DNA of 64,000 nucleotides from an uncultured Gemmatimonadaceae bacterium (GCA_963751275.1 CAVVTZ010000007.1:384001-448000); one strand, 5' to 3'. Positions 10,485 through 24,972 are shown, counted from the first letter of the stretch. The notes: generated by a model from the sequence alone, not told the origin. Translations and numbers: made by a program.

Positions 10485-12383
10485 ATGTCACCGTCATCCC
10501 ACGGCCACGCCACCGAGCAGGAAGCCCGCGACGTCGCGGAGTCCGCGCGCGAGAGTGAATGGGCGTCGCCGAGCTTCCTGAAGGAGATGTTCCTCGGCCG
10601 GCTGCGCATGGATCTCATCGATCCCTTCCCGCAGGAGACCGCGGAGGAGGCAGCGCGCGCCAAGCCGTTCATGGAGAAGTTGCGCGCGTTCCTCGACCGG
10701 CTCGACTCGGACAAGATCGACCGCGAGGGGAACATCCCCGAGAGCGCCGTGCAGGAACTGCGCGACATGGGCGCGTTCGGCATCAAGATCCCGGTCGAAT
10801 ACGGCGGCCTGGGCCTCTCGCAGACGAGTTACATCCGCGCCATCGGCATGGTGACGTCGAAGGATGGCTCGCTCACGGCACTGCTCTCCGCCGCGCAATC
10901 GATCGGGCTTCCCGGTCCGCTCAAGCTCTTCGGCACCGAGGAACAGAAGAAGAAGTACCTGCCGCGGCTCGCGAAGGGTGCGATCTCGGCGTTCGCGCTC
11001 ACCGAAGTCGACGCCGGCAGCGACCCGGCGAACATGCGCACCACGGCGACGCCCACCGAGGATGGGAAGACGTTCGTGATCAACGGCGAGAAGCTCTGGA
11101 TCACGAACGGCACGCGGTGCGAGTTGATGGTCGTGATGGCGCGCACGCCCGATGCGGTCGTTGGCGGCAAGCCGAAGAAGCAGATCACGGCCTTCATCGT
11201 CGAGACGAAGACGCCCGGCCTGGAGGTGACGCACCGAAACCACTTCATGGGGCTGCGCGCGATCGAGAACGCCGTGCTCAAATTCACGAACGTGCGTGTG
11301 CCGCGTGAGAACATCATCTGGGGGGAAGGGAAGGGGCTCAAGCTCGCGCTGGTGACGCTGAACACCGGCCGGCTCACGCTGCCGGCGAGTTGCGCGTACG
11401 GGTCGAAGCAGATGCTGCGCATCGTGCGCGAGTGGTCCACGAAGCGCGTGCAGTGGGGGCAGCCGGTGGGCAAGCACGAGGCCGTCGCGCAGAAGATCGC
11501 GCACATGGCGGCGAACGTGTTCGCCATGGAGTCGGTGGCCGAGCTGTCGAGCGGGCTGGCGGACCGCGGCGGCTACGACATCCGCCTCGAAGCGGCGATC
11601 GCGAAGCTGTGGAACAGCGAAGCGAGCTGGCGCGGCGTGGATGATGCGGTGCAGATCCGCGGCGGCCGCGGCTATGAGACCGCCGACTCGCTGCGCGCGC
11701 GTGGCGAGGACCCGATCCCGCTGGAGCGCGCGATGCGCGACTCGCGGATCAACCTGATCTTCGAGGGATCCTCGGAGATCATGCGGCTGTTCATCGCGCG
11801 CGAAGCGGTGGACCATCACTTCAAGACCGCGTTCGACCTCGTGAACCCGCAGGCGACCGGCGCACAGCGCCGGGCGGCGTTCGCGCGCTCGGCGAAGTTC
11901 TATCCGTTCTGGTATCCGATGATGTGGTTCGGCGGCCTGCGCCGCTACGGCGACTTCGGGAAGCTCGCCGGCCACGTGCGCTACATCGAACGCACGACGC
12001 GCAAGCTCGGCCGCTCAGTGTTCCACGCGATGGTGCGCCTGGGGCCGAAGCTCGAGAAGCGGCAGATGGTGCTCTTCCGTCTCGTGGATGTTGGCGCGGA
12101 ATTGTTCGCGATGTCCGCGAGCTGCTCGCGCGCCCGCGCGCTCGCCGCGAAGGGGGACGCGTCGGCGATCGAGGTGGCCGACCTGTTCTGCAATGAGGCG
12201 CGGCTGCGGATCGCGGAACTTTTCCGCAACCTGTTCGGTCCGAACGACGCGGCGCTGTACAAGGTCTCGCAGCGCGTGATGGCGGGGGATCTGACGTGGC
12301 TGGAGGATGGCATTGTGCGCGTCGAATCTCCGGCGAGCACGACGGCGGAGCAGAAGCCGAGGCGGGAAGCCGCGTTGGTCTAG
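10485..12383 (+). CDS. Long acyl-CoA dehydrogenase (VLCAD/FadE10-like)
   Basis: FALTEVDAGSD, INGEKLWITN, LNTGR, QIRGGRGY, IFEGSSEIMR, C-terminal extension. Confidence 0.93.
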   Translation: MSPSSHGHATEQEARDVAESARESEWASPSFLKEMFLGRLRMDLIDPFPQETAEEAARAKPFMEKLRAFLDRLDSDKIDREGNIPESAVQELRDMGAFGIKIPVEYGGLGLSQTSYIRAIGMVTSKDGSLTALLSAAQSIGLPGPLKLFGTEEQKKKYLPRLAKGAISAFALTEVDAGSDPANMRTTATPTEDGKTFVINGEKLWITNGTRCELMVVMARTPDAVVGGKPKKQITAFIVETKTPGLEVTHRNHFMGLRAIENAVLKFTNVRVPRENIIWGEGKGLKLALVTLNTGRLTLPASCAYGSKQMLRIVREWSTKRVQWGQPVGKHEAVAQKIAHMAANVFAMESVAELSSGLADRGGYDIRLEAAIAKLWNSEASWRGVDDAVQIRGGRGYETADSLRARGEDPIPLERAMRDSRINLIFEGSSEIMRLFIAREAVDHHFKTAFDLVNPQATGAQRRAAFARSAKFYPFWYPMMWFGGLRRYGDFGKLAGHVRYIERTTRKLGRSVFHAMVRLGPKLEKRQMVLFRLVDVGAELFAMSASCSRARALAAKGDASAIEVADLFCNEARLRIAELFRNLFGPNDAALYKVSQRVMAGDLTWLEDGIVRVESPASTTAEQKPRREAALV

Positions 12384-12410
12384 GCACGGCACGAGCCGGA
12401 ACTGAAACAA

Positions 12411-12479
12411 GGGATACGGGAAACGGGAAACGGGAGGGAGTAGTCACTACTCCCTCCCGTTTCCCGTTTCCCGTATCCC
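12411..12479. repeat. Heptamer-based (GGGAAAC) palindrome, probable bidirectional terminator
   Basis: Perfect 34-bp arms with a 1-nt spacer between the convergent acyl-CoA dehydrogenase gene and csoR. Confidence 0.85.
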
Positions 12480-12501
12480 CTCTGCCGCTGCCGTTCGAAG
12501 T

Positions 12502-12873
12502 TCAGCGCGCGTGTCTATACATGAGCTCCACCAGCTCGTCGTACATTCGCTCGCGCGCCGCGCTGTCCGCGCCCCGGATCGCATCCGCCGCACAGTAGCG
12601 CAGGTGATTGCCCATCAGTCCGCGACCCACCGCGCGCAGCGCCTCGTGCACCGAGCCGATCTGCGTCATGACGTCGGCGCAGTAGCGGTCCTCCTCGATC
12701 ATCTTCTGCAGCCCGCGCACCTGCCCCTCGATGCGCCGAAGGCGCCGCAGGTTCGCGGCCTTCGTCGCCGCGTCCACGCCGTGCGCCTTGCGCGCGCCGC
12801 GCCCGCCGGGCGCCTCGTGCTCGAGGCCGCACGCGCAGGCCGCCGCCTTCTTCGCTTTCGCCGTCACCGCCAT
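12502..12873 (-). CDS. csoR: CsoR/RcnR-family copper-sensing repressor
   Basis: RLRRIEGQVRG, YCADV, NHLRYC (C-H-C ligand set); lies in the copZ-copA operon. Confidence 0.9.
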   Translation of the reverse strand: MAVTAKAKKAAACACGLEHEAPGGRGARKAHGVDAATKAANLRRLRRIEGQVRGLQKMIEEDRYCADVMTQIGSVHEALRAVGRGLMGNHLRYCAADAIRGADSAARERMYDELVELMYRHAR

Positions 12874-12883
12874 GGTGCGCTCC

Positions 12884-15240
<2,357 letters not shown>

Positions 15241-15244
<4 letters not shown>

Positions 15245-15453
15245 GCCGGGACCGCGTGGGCCGTGTAGCCGGCGGCGGTGACGACGGCGGTGATCTGCGC
15301 GGCGTTCGCGGCGGCCGGATCGAACTCCAGCGTGGCGCGGCCGATCGAGACGGTCTCGATCTTCACGCCGGGCATGCCGGCGAGCGCGCCGCGCACGGCG
15401 TTCAGGCAATGGCCGCAGCTCATGCCGTCGATGGTGAGTGTGAGGCGTTCCAT
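15241..15453 (-). CDS. copZ: Copper chaperone (HMA domain)
   Basis: IDGMSCGHC, 70 aa, GAGGAG ribosome-binding site. Confidence 0.9.
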
Positions 15454-15489
15454 GATTACTCCTCGCGGGCGGGTGATGCCTGGAAGCTA

Positions 15490-15506
15490 ATACCCCCAGG
15501 GGGTAT
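15490..15506. promoter_or_regulatory. CsoR operator
   Basis: Perfect palindrome ATACCCCC-A-GGGGGTAT about 37 bp upstream of copZ; matches the TACCC...GGGTA pattern of CsoR boxes. Confidence 0.85.
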
Positions 15507-15703
15507 ATCAAGAGGCCGAAGGAAAGGGCGGAGCCCGACCCCGCGATAGATGGCCGCGCTGACACTCGAGCCGCCGTCGTTCCGTATGGCAATCAAGGCG
15601 CCTTCCAACGTTTTCCTCACCGCCGGTGTCACACCTTCCAGCCCTTCGCCTTGGGCTGCGATCCGTCGTCTCCGCCGCTCGAATCCACCTTCGCGAACCG
15701 GGA

Positions 15704-18358
15704 ATGCGCCGCCTGCTGCTATCCGCCGTGCTCGCCTCGCCCCTGATCCTGCCGGCGCAGTCGCCCGCGCCCGCGCCGCCGCCCTCGCGGTCCGGCGCGA
15801 CGCCGAGCGATGACGCCAGGACGCGCGCCGAGACGACGGTCGGGCAGCAGCTCGCGTCGCTCGGCGATCCACCGGTGCGCGCCGCGACCGCCACCGCCAA
15901 CTCCGCCATCGCCACACGCGCGCGCCTCGCACCCGTGATCGACGGCAAGGATGACGATCCGGTCTGGGCGCAGGCGCAGATCATCGACTCCTTTCGCCAG
16001 TTCCAGCCCGAGGAAGACAGCACGCCGAGCTTCCGCACCGTCGCGAAGGTCGTGTACGACGACAAGTACCTGTACGTGTTCGTGCGAATGTACGATCCGC
16101 ATCCCGACAGCATCGTCGCGCTGCTCAGCCGCCACGACGTGCACACGCAATCCGATTGGATCAAGGTGATGCTCGACTCGTACCACGACAAACGCAGCGG
16201 CTACGAGTTCGCGGTGAACGCGCGCGGCGTGAAACGCGATTACTACATGTACAACGACAGTCAGGAAGACGACTCGTGGGACGGCATCTGGGACGTCGCC
16301 ACCACGGTCGATTCGCTCGGCTGGACGGCCGAGTTCCAGATCCCCTTCGACCAGCTGCGCTTCGCGCCGGCGCCGAATCTCACCATGGGACTCGGCATCT
16401 GGCGCGACATCGCGCGCTACAACGAGCGCGACAGCTGGCCCGTGTTCCGCCGCTCCAAGCCGGGAATCTCCTCGCAGATCGGCGAGATCACCGGCATCGA
16501 AGGGCTTGGCTCGCCGCGCCACCTCGAGGTCGTGCCGTACGTCGTGGCCAAGAACGTCACGTGGCCGGATGGCCCGGGCTACCAGCGCCAGCAGGAGTTC
16601 ACGGGCGGCGCCGACCTCAAGTACGGCGTCACCACGAACCTCACGCTCGACGGCACGGTGAATCCCGATTTCGGCCAGGTCGAATCCGACCCCGCCTTGC
16701 TCAACCTCTCCGCGTTCGAGACCTTCCTGCCGGAGAAGCGGCCGTTCTTCGTCGAGGGCACCGGCATCTTCCACCTCGACGTCGGGTGCAACAACGGTGC
16801 GTGCACCGGACTCTTCTACTCACGGCGCATCGGCCGCCAGCCGCAGTTGAGCGACGGGTCGCTCGCATCGCCCACCGCCACGCCGATCTACGGCGCGGCC
16901 AAACTCACCGGCCGTCTCAGCAACGGACTCTCGGTGGGCGTGCTCGACGCGCTCACGGCGCAGGCCGACAATTCCGACGGCAGCACCGCCGAGCCGCCCA
17001 CGAACTACTTCGCGGCGCGCGCGATCAAGGAGTACGACGACGGCCAGGGCGGCGTCGGTGCGATGGTCACCGCCACCAACCGGCAGAACGATGCGTGGAC
17101 CTCGCCGTACCTGCGCACGAGCGCGTACACCGGCGGCGTCGATTTCCGGAAGCAGTTCTCCAAGCGCCAGTACGAACTGACGGGCTACGTGGTGGGCAGC
17201 TCGGTGAGCGGTTCCGATAGCGCGATGCTGTTCACGCAGGAGAACAGCACGCACTACTACCAACGCCCGGGCAGTGGTCTCCCCTTCGACACGCTGCGCA
17301 CGTCGCTCGCCGGCGATGCCGAGCAGGTCAGCTTCGGCAAGATCGGCGGCGGCGTTCTGCGCTTCAACACGAGCCTCCAGCGCGTCAGCCCCGGCTTCGA
17401 GATCAACGATCTCGGCTATCTCGCGCAGGCGGGCACGGAGAGTTGGGGGAACTGGATCGGCTTTCAATACCAGGAACCGAAGTCGTTCTACAAGCAGCTC
17501 TTCCTGAACTTCAATGCCTACGGTGCATGGAGCGCCGAGGGGATCTCTGGCGCGCACCTCAGCACCACGAGCACGAACGTGAACGCGACGTCGGAGTTGA
17601 GGAACGGCTGGATCGTGAACGTCGGCATCGAGGGGGACAATCTGCTCGGCGTCTTCGACGACCGGAAGGCACGCGGCGGTCCTGCGATGTTCCGCCACCC
17701 GTTCCTTTCATGGTGGGGCGGGATCCAGGGCGATCCGCGCATGAAGATCGTGCCGAGCATCAACACCTTCGGCTTCAACGGCAGCGGCGGCAAGTCGCAC
17801 GGATGGGGCGTCGACCCGCAGGTGCTGTTCACGATGTCCTCCAACCTCGCGCTCACCCTCGGCCTGCACTACGACCTGAACATTGACTACACGCAGTGGG
17901 TACAGAATTTCTCCAGCGGGGCCGACACCAGCACGTTCGCGGTGCTCCACCAGGACACCTTCTCCGCCACCATCCGGCTCGACGCGACCTTTACGCCCAA
18001 GCTGTCCTTCCAGCTCTTCGCGAACCCGTTCATCAGCGACGGCCGCTACGAGAACTGGCGCGCGCTCACCGACCCGCGTGCGACGACGTACGACGCGCAA
18101 TTCACGCCGTACTCGCGAGGGGACACGACGGCCGCTTCATACAATTTCAACGACCAGGAGTTGATCATGAACTCCGTGCTGCGCTGGGAATACCGGCGCG
18201 GCTCCGCGGTCTATCTCGTCTGGCAGCACGGCCGCAACTACTACAATCAGAGCCAGCAGTACAGCGGCTTCGATCCCGGCACGAACGTCAACAACCTGCT
18301 CTCGATCCACCCGATCAACACCTTCCTCGTGAAGATGACCTACTGGCTTAGCCTGTAG
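15704..18358 (+). CDS. Secreted/outer-membrane protein with CBM9-like N-domain and DUF5916-like beta-barrel
   Basis: Signal peptide, PVIDGK.DD..W, WTAEFQIPF, TVNPDFGQVE.D, FLPEKRPFF, LFYSRRIG, terminal FLVKMTYWL. Confidence 0.78.
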   Translation: MRRLLLSAVLASPLILPAQSPAPAPPPSRSGATPSDDARTRAETTVGQQLASLGDPPVRAATATANSAIATRARLAPVIDGKDDDPVWAQAQIIDSFRQFQPEEDSTPSFRTVAKVVYDDKYLYVFVRMYDPHPDSIVALLSRHDVHTQSDWIKVMLDSYHDKRSGYEFAVNARGVKRDYYMYNDSQEDDSWDGIWDVATTVDSLGWTAEFQIPFDQLRFAPAPNLTMGLGIWRDIARYNERDSWPVFRRSKPGISSQIGEITGIEGLGSPRHLEVVPYVVAKNVTWPDGPGYQRQQEFTGGADLKYGVTTNLTLDGTVNPDFGQVESDPALLNLSAFETFLPEKRPFFVEGTGIFHLDVGCNNGACTGLFYSRRIGRQPQLSDGSLASPTATPIYGAAKLTGRLSNGLSVGVLDALTAQADNSDGSTAEPPTNYFAARAIKEYDDGQGGVGAMVTATNRQNDAWTSPYLRTSAYTGGVDFRKQFSKRQYELTGYVVGSSVSGSDSAMLFTQENSTHYYQRPGSGLPFDTLRTSLAGDAEQVSFGKIGGGVLRFNTSLQRVSPGFEINDLGYLAQAGTESWGNWIGFQYQEPKSFYKQLFLNFNAYGAWSAEGISGAHLSTTSTNVNATSELRNGWIVNVGIEGDNLLGVFDDRKARGGPAMFRHPFLSWWGGIQGDPRMKIVPSINTFGFNGSGGKSHGWGVDPQVLFTMSSNLALTLGLHYDLNIDYTQWVQNFSSGADTSTFAVLHQDTFSATIRLDATFTPKLSFQLFANPFISDGRYENWRALTDPRATTYDAQFTPYSRGDTTAASYNFNDQELIMNSVLRWEYRRGSAVYLVWQHGRNYYNQSQQYSGFDPGTNVNNLLSIHPINTFLVKMTYWLSL

Positions 18359-18496
18359 CGCGGGATACCTGGGGCCGCCTGCAGGTGACCGCGGAGGAGC
18401 AGCTGAAGCCGGCTGCTCCTTCGTGCATCCGGCGGTCGTTGACGCGCCCCGCGCCCCCTGCGAGCTTTCCGCCTCCACTCCTCCGCGGCTGGCCCC

Positions 18497-19386
18497 ATGA
18501 CCCGCATCGCATTCCTCGGCCTCGGCGCGATCGGCACGCCGATGGCGCGGCACCTGATCGATCCGCGCTTCGAGCTCGCGGTGTGGAACCGCACGCGCGA
18601 GAAGGCGATCGCGTTCGCCGGCGCGGGCGCCAACGTACGCGTCGCGGCCTCGCCGCTCGACGCCGCGAAGGGCGCGGAGTTCGTGATCACCTGCCTCCCC
18701 GCGTCGCCCGACGTGGAGTCGATCCTCGAAGGACATGGCGGTCTCGCCGCCGGACTCGAGCGCGGATCGGTGCTCGTGGACTGCACGTCGGGCGACCCCG
18801 CCACCTCGCGCCGGATCGCGGCGCGCCTCGCGGAGCGGGGCGTCGATTTCGCCGACGCCCCCGTGAGCGGCGGCGTGATCGGCGCCGAGAAGGGCAAGCT
18901 CACCGTGATGGTCGGCGGCGACGCGCGCGTGTTCGAGCGCATCCAGCCGGTGCTCGCCGCGTTCGGTGAGAAGATCGTACACTGCGGCCCGGTCGGCGCG
19001 GGACACGCGCTCAAGTCGGTGAACAACGCGCTGCTCGCCGTGCACATCTGGTCCGCCGCCGAGGGGCTCGCGGCGCTCGCGAAGGCCGGCGTGAAGCCCG
19101 CGGTCGCGCTGGATGTGATCAACGCATCGAGCGGGCGCAGCAACGCGTCGCAGAACCTGTTCCCGGAGCGCGTGCTGTCTCGCGCCTTCCCGCGCACCTT
19201 CCGCCTCGCGCTGCTCGACAAGGACGTCGGCATCGCGGCGGCGGTCGCGAAAGAGCAGCGTGTGCCCGCGCCGCTCATCGCGCTCACCGCGGAACTCTTC
19301 CGCGCCGCCCACAACGCGCTCGGCGAAGAGGCCGATCACGTGGAGGCGGTGAAATTCCTCGAACAGCTGGCCCAGGTGGAGATCGC

Positions 19387-19390
<4 letters not shown>
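18497..19390 (+). CDS. NAD(P)-dependent oxidoreductase, 3-hydroxyisobutyrate dehydrogenase family
   Basis: GLGAIG, WNRT, DAPVSGG, GAGHALKSVNN, KD motif. Confidence 0.9.
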
Positions 19391-20643
<1,253 letters not shown>

Positions 20644-20682
20644 GCGTTCCGCGCGCCTCGTTCCTCGCCGAGGTCCGCGGCG

Positions 20683-21894
20683 CTATTTCTTCTTGCGCGA
20701 TACGGTGGTGGACTCCAGCGCCGCGACGAACGGCGTGTACTCCGATCCCGGACTCCACAGCACCCAGCTGTCGTAGCCCGCGTCGTACACGGCCTTCTTC
20801 TGCGCCTCGATCTGCGCGCTCGTGTAATGCGGCGGGCCGAGCGTGAACGCCTGCAGCCACGCGCGCACGTGGATCGGGCTCGTGATGCCGAGGCGCGTGT
20901 CCTTGTGATGCGCCGCCGTGATCGCGGAGTCCACCACGAGATAGGGCTCCGTGTTCGGGTGCGCGATGCCGAAGGCGCCGTGCGGATAGTGTGACGGGTA
21001 CACCATCGGCAGCAGCACGTCGGTCACCGGCGCGAGCTCGCTCCACTCCTGGCCCACCTCGAGCGCGCCGCCGATCGACGTCACCATGCCGAAGATGTCC
21101 GCCGTGCACCGCGCGCCGGCCGCGTGGATGCGCGGGCACGCCGCGCGGAAGAAATCCGCGAGCGCCTTGGGCTTCGACACGCCGTTCGCGTCCTTGAACA
21201 CCTGCGGCGGCAGCGACGGGTACGGCTCCGGGAAGCGGATGTAGTCGAACTGGATCTCGTCGAAGCCGAGGTGCGCGAGCTCCACCGCGACGCGAATGTT
21301 GTACTCGCGGATCACCGGATCGTACGGGTCCACCCAGGTGAGCCCCTTCTTGTCGTGCCAGGGCGTGCCGTCGGGCTTCCGGATCACGTGCTGCGGATTC
21401 ACGCGCGCGGCCACGGAGTCCTTGAACACCACCACGCGCGCGATCGCGAGGATGTGGTGCGCCTTGAGCGTGTCGAGCAGTTCGGGCAGATGCTTCACGC
21501 GCCCCGAGTGCCCCGCGTTGCGCGAGACGCTCGAGTCCTTCGACTCGAAGTTGAGCCCGAACTCGTCCTTCATGTCGATCACGAGCGCGTTGATCTCGGT
21601 CTGGTCCGCGATGGCGATGAGGTGTCGCATCTTCTTCGCGCTCTGCGACGCCCAGCGGTTCACGTAGAGCGCGCGCACGATCCCGGTGTCGCCCATCGGC
21701 TTGCGCGCGGGAGCCGGTGCCAGCGCGGCGGCGGCCGGCCTCTTCGCGGCGGCGGTGTCCGTCGCCGGCGGCGCGGCGTGCGCGGTGTCGCGGATCGTAT
21801 CGCGCGCGACGGCGCGCCGCACCGGCGCGGCCGATGCTTCGCCGCGGCACGCGGCGCTGAGAATGAAGAGGACGGCGATGACAGGGCGGCGCAT
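20683..21894 (-). CDS. Putative glycoside hydrolase (DUF4015-like) lipoprotein
   Basis: Lipobox LSAAC, NALVIDMKD, ARVVVFKD, GFDEIQFDYIRFP, PMVYPSHY, WLQAF. Confidence 0.82.
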   Translation of the reverse strand: MRRPVIAVLFILSAACRGEASAAPVRRAVARDTIRDTAHAAPPATDTAAAKRPAAAALAPAPARKPMGDTGIVRALYVNRWASQSAKKMRHLIAIADQTEINALVIDMKDEFGLNFESKDSSVSRNAGHSGRVKHLPELLDTLKAHHILAIARVVVFKDSVAARVNPQHVIRKPDGTPWHDKKGLTWVDPYDPVIREYNIRVAVELAHLGFDEIQFDYIRFPEPYPSLPPQVFKDANGVSKPKALADFFRAACPRIHAAGARCTADIFGMVTSIGGALEVGQEWSELAPVTDVLLPMVYPSHYPHGAFGIAHPNTEPYLVVDSAITAAHHKDTRLGITSPIHVRAWLQAFTLGPPHYTSAQIEAQKKAVYDAGYDSWVLWSPGSEYTPFVAALESTTVSRKKK

Positions 21895-22003
21895 CTGCGA
21901 CTCGCGTGGTGCAGGTTGATCCCAGGGGACGCGAAATCTACAGTGCGCGTCGTGTCCATAGCACGACGACCCCATGCTTCCCGTCACAACGTATATTCCG
22001 CGC

Positions 22004-23623
22004 ATGTCACGGACCCTGGCCGCCGCCGCGCTGTTCCTCCTGCTCGCCGCCTGCCCCGAGCCGCACCACGGCGTGGGCGCGCCGCGCGCGGAGTTCATCA
22101 TCGAGGCCGGCGACAGCTCGTTCTGGGTCCGCTCCGGCCCCGAGGGGGTGCGCGTGCGCGGCGCGCCGATCCGCATCGCCCGCCTCGACGGCAATTTCAT
22201 CGAACTGTACCTGGCCGACGACGACCACTCCTACGCCGACGCCATCATCACCGGCCAGCGGCTCTACCGCCGCGATCTCCGCACCGGCGACTCGATGGCC
22301 GTCTTCCGCGACACCACGATCGACGCCGTCGCCACGGCCTATGCCAGCCAGCACCCCGAGGAGCGTCCCCTCGACCCCGACGACGACCTGCCCGACGAGC
22401 CGGCGCTCAGCGCCACGTCCGACGTGGTGCCGCTCGTCCAGTTCGGCCGCTTCCTCTCGATGCGCTACACCGCCGACCTCGAAGGCGAGAGCGCCGACAA
22501 CTGGCATCTCGCCCGGCGCTTTACGCTCGACCTCCGGAAGGGCGGGCCGGCCACGGTCGCCGACATCGTCGGCGACAAGAACGCCGACTATGTCCTGCAG
22601 AAGGGCGCCAAGCTCTTCACGCAGGCGCTCGACTCGGTGCTCGCCTCATCCGATGCGCGTGCCAAGGAGGCGGCCGCCACGGTCGGCGACTTCAAGTTCG
22701 ATCCCACCAGCTTCGAACTGCTGAGCATCGACGGCTCGCCGGCGATCCGCTTCGTCGCCCCCGGCACCGGCCGGCGCGCGGAGGGGCTCACGCTCCCGCT
22801 GCCGCCGATCGTCGTCGCCGCGCCCACCTGGTGGGCCGATGCGCGCGAAGGGATGCCCGCCACTCCCGGCGACTCGAACATCTCGAACTGGAAGCACGGG
22901 GACCTCGAAGTGCGGGTCGGGTACAAGTCAGAGAGCGAGCCCGGACGCGCCGTCATCCTCGACAGTGCGCGGCATGCGTTCCCGATCGCGGAGCTGCCCG
23001 CACCCGCGCGCCGCATCTTCTGGCTCGACCATGGCGCCGTGGACAGCGCCACGCGCGCCGCCCTCGCCCGCGCGTTCGATGAAGCCGCTCTCTATTCCGA
23101 GGACACACGGACCGCCATGACTCCCGCCCCGAGCAGCACCCCCGCCAGCCGCCCCGTGCACGACTCCCAGCACGAGACGTCCGAGCTCATGATGCCGCAG
23201 CACGCGAACAACCTCGGCCACGTCTTCGGCGGCGTGATCCTCTCGATGATGGACCGCACCGCCGCCGTGGCCGCACTCCGTCACACGCGCACCAGCTGTG
23301 TCACCGTGAGTGTGGACCGCGTCGACTTCCGCGAGCCGATCCACCTGGGCGATCTCGTCATCATGAAGGCGAGCGTGAACTTCACCGGGCGCAGCTCCAT
23401 GGAGATCGGCGTGCGCGTAGAGTGCGAGAACCTCGCCACCGGTGTGCGGCGCCACACGAACTCCTGCTATCTCACCTTCGTCGCGGTGGACCGGAACGGG
23501 CGCCCGGTGGATGTGCCGGCCATCCTCCCGCAGACCCCGGACGAGAAGCGCCGCTTCGCCGCGGCCTCCGAGCGGCGGCGCCGCCGCCTCGAGGAGCGCA
23601 AGGCGGAGGCCCGCGACGCGTGA
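22004..23623 (+). CDS. Hypothetical lipoprotein read in-frame into a hotdog-fold acyl-CoA thioesterase (thioesterase probably starts at ATG 23117)
   Basis: Lipobox LLAAC; C-terminal MMPQHANNLGHVFGG, VTVSVDRVDF, GRSSMEIGV, YLTFVAVD; GAGGA upstream of 23117. Confidence 0.75.
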   Translation: MSRTLAAAALFLLLAACPEPHHGVGAPRAEFIIEAGDSSFWVRSGPEGVRVRGAPIRIARLDGNFIELYLADDDHSYADAIITGQRLYRRDLRTGDSMAVFRDTTIDAVATAYASQHPEERPLDPDDDLPDEPALSATSDVVPLVQFGRFLSMRYTADLEGESADNWHLARRFTLDLRKGGPATVADIVGDKNADYVLQKGAKLFTQALDSVLASSDARAKEAAATVGDFKFDPTSFELLSIDGSPAIRFVAPGTGRRAEGLTLPLPPIVVAAPTWWADAREGMPATPGDSNISNWKHGDLEVRVGYKSESEPGRAVILDSARHAFPIAELPAPARRIFWLDHGAVDSATRAALARAFDEAALYSEDTRTAMTPAPSSTPASRPVHDSQHETSELMMPQHANNLGHVFGGVILSMMDRTAAVAALRHTRTSCVTVSVDRVDFREPIHLGDLVIMKASVNFTGRSSMEIGVRVECENLATGVRRHTNSCYLTFVAVDRNGRPVDVPAILPQTPDEKRRFAAASERRRRRLEERKAEARDA

Positions 23624-24039
23624 TGCGCCCGGCGCGGAAGCTCTTCACCGTCGCGCAGGCGAACAACACGCTGCCGCTCGTGCGGCGGATCGTGAAGGAC
23701 ATCATCACGCTGTATCCCGAATGGCGCGACCGCGTGGAGGCGTTCGCGGTGTACGCCGCGAACTCCACCGCCGACCAGCCCGACCCGCAGGCCGACGCGG
23801 CCGCGAAGGAAGTGCAGAAGCTGGCGGCCGAGATCGACGGATGCCTGCACGAACTCGCGGACCTCGGCGTAGAGTACAAGCAGCCGCTCGACGGCGGCCT
23901 CGTGGATTTCCCCGGCGAGATCGACGGCCGCGACGTGTGGCTCTGCTGGCGCTACGATGAGCCGGCCGTGGAGCATTGGCACGAACTCGAAGCGGGCTTC
24001 GCGGGACGAAGACCGCTCGCCCCGGTGCGCGCGAACTAA
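23623..24039 (+). CDS. DUF2203 family protein
   Basis: FTVAQANNTLP, GLVDFP, LCWRYDE, WHELEAGFAGRRPL; TGATG overlap. Confidence 0.85.
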   Translation: MRPARKLFTVAQANNTLPLVRRIVKDIITLYPEWRDRVEAFAVYAANSTADQPDPQADAAAKEVQKLAAEIDGCLHELADLGVEYKQPLDGGLVDFPGEIDGRDVWLCWRYDEPAVEHWHELEAGFAGRRPLAPVRAN

Positions 24040-24972
24040 GCGCCGGCCGCCGAGGCCGCGAAGGGGACGTCCACTTCCAATCCGTCGCGCGCGACCACGA
24101 CGTTCTCGAAGGCGCCGCGCGCTTCGTTCAAGAGTGTTTGCGCGTCGTTGGAGTAACGCGCGGAGAGATGCGTGAGCACGAGCTGCCGCACGCCCGCGCG
24201 CGCGGCGACCGCCGCCGCTTCGCGCGCGGTGGTATGCCCGGTCTCGGCGGCGCGCTCGGCCTCCTCATCGCCGAAGGTCGCTTCGTGCACGAGCACGTCG
24301 GCGCCGCGCGCGATCTCGACGGTCGCGTCGCAGGGGCGCGTGTCGCCCGTGATCACCACGCGGCGTCCGGAGCGCGGCGGACCGACCAACGCCGATGGCG
24401 CGATGACGCGGCCATCCTCGAGCGTGATCGACTCGCCCTTGTGGAGCTTTCCCCAGAGCGGACCCTCGGGGATGTTCATCTCGCGCGCGATGTCGGGGTG
24501 GAACTCGCCCTTCCGCGCCTCTTCGATCATCGCATAACCGAACGACACCGGCCCGCCATGCTCGGCGGCGTACGGCACGATGGCGTAGCCGTTGCGCTTC
24601 ACCGGCTGTCCCGGTTCGAGTTCGGCGATCTCGATCGGGAATCCGATCCGCTCGCCGCCCACGCGCATGGCGTCGCCGAGGATCTTCTTGGCGCCCTTGG
24701 GCCCCCAGAGCCGCAGCGGCTCCACGCGCCCCTGCAGCGCGAAGGTGCGGCAGAGCCCGATCGCGCCAATGATGTGATCGCCGTGGAAATGCGTGAAGAA
24801 GATGTCATCGAGCGCGAAGGTGATGCCGTAGCGCATCATCTGGCGCTGGGTGCCCTCGCCGCAGTCGAACAGCAGCGTTTCTCCTTCGCGGATCAGCGCG
24901 AGGGAGGAGACATTCCGCTCCACCGTCGGGCCGGGCGGCTGAGGTTCCGAGGAATTTGAGAGTGAGGGACAC
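24036..24972 (-). CDS. rnz: Ribonuclease Z, frameshifted near 24929
   Basis: DCGEG, THFHGDH, GDTRP, HEATF, GHTT, THLSARY; the expected N-terminus MSLTLKFLGTSAARP (GTG 24972) is one base out of frame. Confidence 0.92.
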
